Assembly (NCBI GenBank): GCA_038232775.1
Contig: JBBSNJ010000001.1
Coordinates: forward strand, 1 to 30,654
Length of the DNA: 30,654 nt
DNA from: Thermomicrobiales bacterium
Lineage (GTDB): Bacteria > Chloroflexota > Chloroflexia > Thermomicrobiales > UBA6265
Direction of reading: 5' to 3'
How positions within the stretch are numbered: the first letter of the stretch is position 1; each line of letters opens with the position of its first letter. This document shows, piece by piece, positions 1 to 6,117 of this stretch. The notes under the pieces are model-generated. The model worked only from the letters and a program-made list of their open reading frames with translations. It did not search any database and was not told the DNA's origin. Made by a program: the position numbers and the translations under genes.

Positions 1-189
1 CTGGCCGACCTGCGTCGCCGGGACGCGATCGACGCCGGACGCGCCGCTTCGCCCCTGGCCGTGCCGGAGGGTGCCGAGATCATCCGGACCGATGGCATCG
101 ACGCCGCGGCGGTCGTCGCCAGGATCGAGGATGTGGTCCGCGCCGCCTGGGAACGGCATCGCCCGGTGGGGGACGGCCAACCTCGGTGA
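1..189 (+). CDS. cmk: Cytidylate kinase, 3' end (truncated by window edge)
   Basis: Frame 1 reads LADLRRRDAIDAGRAASPLAVPEGAEIIRTDGIDAAAVVARIE..., matching the Cmk C-terminus (RD..D..R..SPL). TGA at 187-189 overlaps the GTG of plsC, a common gene order. Confidence 0.8.
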   Translation: MADLRRRDAIDAGRAASPLAVPEGAEIIRTDGIDAAAVVARIEDVVRAAWERHRPVGDGQPR

Positions 190-962
190 GCGCTCCGGGC
201 GGATCGGGGGCCGGGGCCGCGCTGGCGCCGCCGGTCGACCTAGCGAGGGGGAAGCTCCGAGGGCGGACCCGGCGCGGGTTGCGCGCCGTCCTGCTGATGG
301 TTCTGCGCCCCGCGCTGGGGCTCAGGATCGAGGGGGCGCAACTGGTGCCGGCCGAGGGTCCGATCTTGGTGGTTTCCAACCACCTCCACAACGCCGACCC
401 GATCTTGCTCCACATCGCGTCACCGCGGCCGCTCCACGTCATGGCCAAGCGGGAGCTGTTCGCGATTACGGTCAGCGGCTGGATCATCCGCCGCGCCGGC
501 GCCTTTCCGGTCGACCGCGGGCGGGCCGACCGGGGGGCGCTGCGGCTGGCTCAGGCGACCCTCGAGCAGGGGATCGCCGTCGCCATGTTCCCGGAAGGGA
601 CGCGGAGCCCGAGCCGGCGACTGCGGCCGGCCCAGGCGGGGGCCGGTCTGATCGCGCTGCGCGGCGGAGTCCCGATCTTGCCGGTGGCGATCACCGGCTC
701 GGAGCGCTTGCCGGGCGACCGGGGCAAGGGAGGGGACGTCGCCCTCCCCCCTCCCGAGCCGGGGCACCGTGGGGTCCGCGTTCGGTTCGGCGCCCCCTTC
801 CGACTTCCGGACCAGACGGGATCCGGCAAGATTGGCGTGCAGGACGCTACGCAGCGGCTGATGGCCGCGGTCGCCATGCTTCTGCCGCCCGATTACCGCG
901 GCGCCTACGCCGAGACCGACGACGACCTCGACCCGGTTGCCCCGTCTGCCGGAAAACGATAG
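186..962 (+). CDS. plsC: Lysophospholipid (1-acyl-sn-glycerol-3-phosphate) acyltransferase
   Basis: NHLHNAD (HxxxxD) and FPEGTRS motifs; 258 aa; GTGA overlap with cmk. Confidence 0.9.
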   Translation: MSAPGGSGAGAALAPPVDLARGKLRGRTRRGLRAVLLMVLRPALGLRIEGAQLVPAEGPILVVSNHLHNADPILLHIASPRPLHVMAKRELFAITVSGWIIRRAGAFPVDRGRADRGALRLAQATLEQGIAVAMFPEGTRSPSRRLRPAQAGAGLIALRGGVPILPVAITGSERLPGDRGKGGDVALPPPEPGHRGVRVRFGAPFRLPDQTGSGKIGVQDATQRLMAAVAMLLPPDYRGAYAETDDDLDPVAPSAGKR

Positions 963-1192
963 GGCATCCTGCCGGAACGCCCCGCTCCCGCAATCGGGAC
1001 TGGCTTCCCGCGCCTACCGCCGCGGGGGTGCGCAGCAGGCACGCCCCGAGCGGAGCCGTAAGGGACTTGCTGTTGAACGCGGAATGTCTCAACTAATCTC
1101 ATCCTCATGAATAGTCGGATTGATCGATTTCGGTTATCGAACAATATGAACTGATACGGAACCCGGGTGATTCGTTGCGTTTGCCGGAGAGA

Positions 1193-1913
1193 GGCCCGCA
1201 CCCCCAACCTCCTCTCTCCCGGACAGTTTCGGTTTCGGCTCGGATCGGCGGCTTCCACCCCCCGATCCGGAGCGTCTCAGGGACCACGCACGGGGAGCGT
1301 GGCCACCACCGCGGGGTTTTCGGCCAGCTTCCCGGCGCCGGAGTGGAGCCCGAAGCCCCATCCTGGAGCCAGAAACCAAACTGTCCGGGGGAGAGCCCCC
1401 GACCCCTCTCCCGCTGCGGCGGCTGACAGGGGTAGGTATCAAGAGGGAAGCCCGGAGGCGCCTGCTGGGGAGATCGGCGCGTGGGCGCTGATGGCCGGCC
1501 ACACGGGCGGAACTCCGCCCACGATCGGGGCCGGAACGGAGGAAGAGGAGTGCGAGACCGGGTGGGGCACCGGGCCGCCGGTGGGGGGAAAACGGCGCCC
1601 GTTCGTCGCTTCCCGAACGATACCGACCCCTGTCAGGGGCGGGAGAGGGGAGACGGTTCTACAGCGCTTTGCAGAAGCGTCGGCCCAGGGCCGCGGCGTT
1701 CGTTCGGTGGACCACTGTCGCCCTGCGGGCGACGGGCGCAGCAAGCAGCGCCCCTACAACTGGTCGCGGCGGGTCAGCTTCAATGCAACCCGCTCCACTC
1801 CCAAGAGAGGCACGGCTCCACTGGACTTCGTATGGCTCCAAATTCGGCTGATCACCGTGGCTTCGGCTCCCCCTCTCCTGCCGCAGCGGGAGAGGGGGTG
1901 GGGGGTGAGGGCC
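1193..1913. repeat. Cluster of nested long-range inverted repeats (CCCTCTCCC/GGGAGAGGG family)
   Basis: Arm pairs: 1212-1236/1372-1395; 1403-1414/1639-1650 (12/12); 1423-1440/1619-1636 (17/18); 1403-1420/1880-1897 (18/18); degenerate outer arms 1193-1220/1888-1913. Confidence 0.8.
1712..1793 (-). repeat. REP-like palindromic unit (GTAG class), copy 1
   Basis: Minus strand GTAG-GGGCGC-TGCTTGCT-GCGCCC plus a TCGCCC-TGC-GGGCGA hairpin; near-identical copy at 22404-22483. Confidence 0.75.
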
Positions 1914-2157
1914 GGCGCCGCAAACACCACGATTCACCCGCAGTTCGTGAAAATCGCTCGATGCCTCGCTTCAGTCGGGGGTGATGCCTGGTTCGCCTTC
2001 GCTGGTGGCGCCGAGCATTGAGGGCGTCGTCCCGATCAGCGAAACCCGATTGGCCCATCTTGGGGTGTTTTTCGGTTCGATCGCGACCGGCGCTCGGAAT
2101 GGATGCCGAGGCGCTAGGGTCGAACCAGAGCGCCCGGCCCGCGTCGGTCCTCCCCGG

Positions 2158-3519
2158 CTAGTCGGAGCGGCGGCGACCGGGCGAGCCGCGACGGGCGACC
2201 GGAGGGGGAGCCGCCGTGTCATCCTCGCCCCAGACCAACTCGTGGTCGGCGATGTGGACGATGTCGCCGTCCTCGATCCCCTGACGGTTGAGCTCCTGCT
2301 CGATGCCGCTGCTCTCGAGGACGCGCTGAAAGCGGCGAACCGCGTCGTCGGTCTCGAAGTTGGTCATCCTCGTTAGCCGCTCGATGCCGACGCCGGAGAC
2401 GACGAAGTGGTTGGGCGCCGGCTGCAGAATCTGCCAGGCGCGCTCGTCGACGTTCTCCAGCGTGTAGGTGCGGCGCTCCTGGGGCTTCGGTGCCGCGGCC
2501 CGCTCAGCCGCCTCCACCGCGATCTCGTGGAGCGTCGCCGCCGTCGCGTTCAGGAGTTCCTGGACGCCGCTGCCGGTGGCGGCGGAGATGGGGAAGAGTC
2601 GGTGGCCGGTCAGCGCCGCCCGCAGCGCGGGGAGGTGATCCCGCGCCTCCGGCAGATCGGTCTTGTTGAGGGCGATCAGCATCGGCTTGGAGGCGAGGTC
2701 GGGGTCGAAGGCGACCATCTCCTCGTTGATCGTCGCGAAGTCGACCAGCGGGTCTCGCCCTTCCAGCCCGCCGGAGGCGTCGAGGACGTGGATCAGCGTC
2801 TTGGTCCGGGTGACGTGGCGGAGAAACTCGTGGCCGAGCCCGGCGCCCCCGGCCGCCCCTTCGATCAGGCCGGGGATGTCGGCCAGGACGAAGGTGGTCC
2901 CGCCCCGGCCACCGACCTCGACGACGCCGAGGTTCGGCTCGAGGGTGGTGAAGGGGTAGTCGGCGATTTTGGGCTGGGCGGCCGAAGCGGCGGCGAGTAG
3001 AGTCGATTTGCCGGCGTTCGGCAGTCCGACCAGGCCGACGTCCGCGATCAGGCGCAGTTCGAGGCCGAGCCAGCGCTCCTGGCCGGGCTCCCCGAGCTCG
3101 GCGATTCGTGGCGCCTGCCGGGTCGAGCTCTTGAAGTGAACGTTCCCGAGCCCGCCCCGCCCGCCGCGGGCGATGACGAACTCCTCGTCCGCCTCGGTCA
3201 GGTCGGCGATCAGCTCGCCGCTCTCGTCGTCGGTGACGACGGTGCCGGGCGGGACGTCGACGAAGAGGCTCTTGCCGGCGCGCCCGTGCTGCTTTTGGCT
3301 GCGTCCGATTTCGCCCTCTTCGGCCAGGAAACGCTCGTTGTACTGGAAGGGGAGGAGGCTGGTCAGGTTCGCCTTGACTCGCAGCCGGACGTCCCCGCCG
3401 CGGCCGCCGTCGCCGCCGTCCGGACCGCCGCGGGGGACGTATTTCTCGCGGCGGAACGAGGCGGAGCCGCTGCCACCGTCTCCGGCCTTGACGTAGATGC
3501 GGGCGCGATCAACGAGCAC
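2158..3519 (-). CDS. obgE: GTPase ObgE/CgtA
   Basis: Gly-rich Obg fold (GGPDGGDGGRGG), G1 GLPNAGKS, YPFTT, DIPG, NKTD and a C-terminal extension. GTG start with GGAGG SD at 3525-3529. Confidence 0.97.
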   Translation of the reverse strand: MLVDRARIYVKAGDGGSGSASFRREKYVPRGGPDGGDGGRGGDVRLRVKANLTSLLPFQYNERFLAEEGEIGRSQKQHGRAGKSLFVDVPPGTVVTDDESGELIADLTEADEEFVIARGGRGGLGNVHFKSSTRQAPRIAELGEPGQERWLGLELRLIADVGLVGLPNAGKSTLLAAASAAQPKIADYPFTTLEPNLGVVEVGGRGGTTFVLADIPGLIEGAAGGAGLGHEFLRHVTRTKTLIHVLDASGGLEGRDPLVDFATINEEMVAFDPDLASKPMLIALNKTDLPEARDHLPALRAALTGHRLFPISAATGSGVQELLNATAATLHEIAVEAAERAAAPKPQERRTYTLENVDERAWQILQPAPNHFVVSGVGIERLTRMTNFETDDAVRRFQRVLESSGIEQELNRQGIEDGDIVHIADHELVWGEDDTAAPPPVARRGSPGRRRSD

Positions 3520-3530
3520 GGGGCCTCCAG

Positions 3531-3565
3531 AGTGGGTAGTGGGTAGTGGGTAGTGGGTAGTGGGT
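3531..3565. repeat. Heptamer tandem repeat (AGTGGGT)x5 in the obgE leader
   Basis: Five perfect copies plus a degenerate AGTAAGGGT, read directly from the sequence. Confidence 0.95.
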
Positions 3566-3618
3566 AGTAAGGGTCGCCGCGCGCGGTGAGGTGTGCAATC
3601 GGGAAGGGCGGCTGCCTA

Positions 3619-4475
3619 GGGTCTGTTGGCAAAGCCTACAGCCAGAGCAGGATGCAGGCGATGGTGAGGAGGGTCTCGTAGTGGGCGGCGAGCTTGTCGT
3701 AGCGAGTGGCGATGGCCCGGTGCTGCTTGAGCCGGTTGATCAGGCGCTCGACCTGGTTGCGCTCGCGGGAGGCGGCCCGGTCGAACCGGCCGTCCCGCCG
3801 CTCGTTCGATTTGCGGGGGATGACCGGGCCGATGCCGCGCCGCCGCAGCTCGGCGCGGGCGGTCCGGCTGCTGTCGCCCTTGGCCCCGGCCGCCCGCGCC
3901 GGTCGCAGCTTCGGCCGCCCGCGGCCGGGGCGCTTGACCGCCCCCGCGTCCAGCAGGGCGGGCAGGGTCTTCTGCTCGTGCCGCTGGCCGGCCGTCAGGA
4001 CCAGGGCGACCGGCTTGCCGCCGCGCTCGGCCCGGAGGTGGATTTTCGTGCTGAACCCACCGCGGGAGCGGCCGAGCGCCTGGTCGCCGCCCCCTTTTTG
4101 GCCCCGGCGGCGTGCTGGTGCGCCCGGACCGTCGTCCCGTCCACGAAGTGCAGCGACCAGTCCAGCGCGCCCCGCGCGTCGGCCGCCGCCTGGAGGGCGG
4201 CCAGGATTCGGGCCCAGACCCCGGCCCGCTGCCAGCGCCGGAACCGGGAGTACACCGTCTGCCAGTTGCCGTACCGTTCCGGCAGGTCGCGCCAGGGGGC
4301 CCCGGTCTTCAGCCGCCAGAGGATGCCGTTGAGAACCGTCCGGTGGTCCCGGTTGGGCCGCCCCGTCGCCGGCTTCGCCGGCGGCAGCAAGGGCACCAGC
4401 GTCGCGAATTGCTCGTCCGTCAGTGCGTGTCGTCGTACCATCCTCCAAGTCTACCAAGCGCTTGCCAACAGACCC
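3619..4475 (-). mobile_element. IS5-family element (IS427-like subgroup), 857 bp
   Basis: 14-bp terminal IRs GGGTCTGTTGGCAA (3619-3632) / TTGCCAACAGACCC (4462-4475). Both ends lie in a CTAG context (TA duplication, or CTAG depending on end definition). Encodes a split transposase. Confidence 0.92.
3636..4441 (-). CDS. IS5 transposase split into OrfA (3995-4441) and OrfB by a -1 frameshift; probably inactive
   Basis: OrfA has LTDEQF...WRDLPERYGNWQTVYSRF...FVDGT; OrfB has LGRSRGGFSTKIHL...ERLINRLK..RAIATRYDK. A5G5 tract at 4090-4099. The conserved GDKGY motif reads GAKGD. Confidence 0.85.
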
Positions 4476-4665
4476 TAGCCCGCTCGCACGGCGGGGAACC
4501 GGAGGCGGCTGGGCGGCGGCCGGCGCGGTGCTCCCGCTCCCGTACGGTGCCGCCGGTCCCCGTCCCATCGAGAGCAATGCGCTGGCCGAAATCGCTCTTC
4601 GATCTCGCGTCGGCACTCCCACAACCCCGGCATCGCAACCAGGGGCCAACCAAGGAGTCAAGACC

Positions 4666-5196
4666 ATGCGGCAACCGACGATGCTCTTCGTCCTACTCGG
4701 TTTCCTCGTGCTGCCGCTGGCGGTTCGCGCCCAGGAAGACGCACCGGCCCACGTCGAACGGCTCCAGGCGGGACCCTACGCCATCGACGTCGGCTTCAGC
4801 GAATGGCCGATCCGGGCCGAGCGCTCGGTCGACATCACCTTCGAACCGACCACCGGCATCGCCGGCAAGACGGCGACCGTCAAGCTGACCGGCCCCTCTG
4901 GCGAAGAGTGGGAGGAACCGCTCGGCCGTCACCCCCGCCACCGCGACCTCTGGGGCCTCGATCTGATCGCCCTCCCCGCGGCCGGACCCTGGACGATCGC
5001 CCTCACCATCGACGGCCCGGACGGCACGGGAAGCGGTCAGCTGGCGGGGATCGAGCTCCTCGGCCGGCCGGGGCCGCCGGCGGCCCCGCTGTGGCTGCTC
5101 GGGATCCTCCCCTTGATCTTCCTCGTCTGGCTGACCGTCCGTGCTTGGCGCGGCGTCCGCCCCAGCCGGCTCCCCGCGGCCCGCGGTTGGGTCTAA
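4666..5196 (+). CDS. Secreted protein with C-terminal membrane anchor (beta-rich, possibly YtkA/FixH-like fold); function unknown
   Basis: ATG at 4666 with AAGGAG SD; signal peptide ending AVRA|QE; hydrophobic helix LWLLGILPLIFLVWLTV followed by Arg-rich tail; 176 aa. Confidence 0.75.
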   Translation: MRQPTMLFVLLGFLVLPLAVRAQEDAPAHVERLQAGPYAIDVGFSEWPIRAERSVDITFEPTTGIAGKTATVKLTGPSGEEWEEPLGRHPRHRDLWGLDLIALPAAGPWTIALTIDGPDGTGSGQLAGIELLGRPGPPAAPLWLLGILPLIFLVWLTVRAWRGVRPSRLPAARGWV

Positions 5197-6117
5197 GAGG
5201 GTGTCTCGAAAGCCCTCATGCGGCGAGCCGCCGGGTCATCAGGCCGATCATCGCCAAATCGATCCAGGCCTCCTCGGTCTCTGGCAGGACCTCGTAGTCC
5301 TTGCTCAGGCGGCGGCACCGGCCCAGCCAGGCGAAGGTTCGCTCCACCACCCATCGCCGCGGCAGCAGGCGGAACCCCTTCGGCCTGGGCGCTGGCGGCG
5401 GGGCGCCCTCCGGCAGCAAGACATGGCGCAGCCCGGCGTCGGGGTGCTGGACCACCTCGACCCGCCAGCCCAATTCCTCCGCCACCCACGCCTCGAAGGA
5501 GCCCTTGTAGCCGCCGTCAACCCACATCAGCGCCAGCCGCGGGAAGCGGCCCGCCAGCGGTGCCAGGAGGCGCTTGGCGCCTTCGCGGTCGGTCACGTCG
5601 GCCGGATGGACGTGGCGGCCCAGGAGCCGGCCGCCGGTGTCGACGAGGAGGGAGCGCTTGCGCCCGGTGACCTTCTTCCCCGCGTCGTAGCCGCGCGGCC
5701 CCCCTTTTCCGTGGTCTTTACCGACTGGCTGTCGAGGATCGCCGCGCTCGGCTCCGGGTCGCGCCCAGCCTTGACCCGGACTCGCTCGCGCAGGGCGGCG
5801 TTGAGCCGCTCCCACGTCCCGTCCAGGCGCCACGCCCGGAAGTAGCCGTAGACCGTCTGCCAGGGCGGGTAGTCGTGCGGCAGGGCGCGCCAAGCGTTGC
5901 CGTTGCGCAGCGCGTAGAGGATGGCGTCGACCACCTCCCGCCGGGCGTGCTTCGCCGGCCGGCCCCCGGCCTTCGGGAGCGGCACCAGCGGCGCGAGCAA
6001 GGCCCACTGGGCGTCGGTCAGGTCGGAGGGATAGCGGCGGCGGGGCATCGCGGGGCTCCGTTCCCGAGTAGACTGCCAGCGTCTGCTGCCATCCTACCCC
6101 CCTTTCGAGACACCCTC
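5197..6117 (-). mobile_element. IS5-family element (IS1031-like subgroup), 921 bp
   Basis: 16-bp perfect terminal IRs GAGGGTGTCTCGAAAG / CTTTCGAGACACCCTC; TNA flanks (TAA 5194-5196, TCA 6118-6120). Confidence 0.92.
5216..6048 (-). CDS. IS5 transposase split into OrfA (5593-6048) and OrfB by a -1 frameshift
   Basis: [35 protein letters not shown] and [11 protein letters not shown] motifs; the DDE triad appears intact; A4G6 tract at 5699-5708. Confidence 0.88.

Noticed and set aside
1167-2021. 284-aa plus-strand ORF (and 1481-1984) in the plsC-obgE gap
   Set aside because: Low-complexity Gly/Pro/Arg translation running through palindromic repeats; no SD and no domain.
3620-3633. Outward-facing hybrid promoter from TTGCCA in the IS end driving obgE
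   Set aside because: No acceptable -10 hexamer 16-18 nt downstream.
3591-4478. 295-aa plus-strand ORF, and similar 5141-5845, 7686-8945, 16423-17655, 19933-21078, 27663-29372
   Set aside because: Antisense shadows of real genes, expected at this GC content.
3619-6117. Composite transposon carrying the 4666-5196 gene
   Set aside because: The two ISs have different terminal IRs, subgroups and target sites; each has its own flanks.
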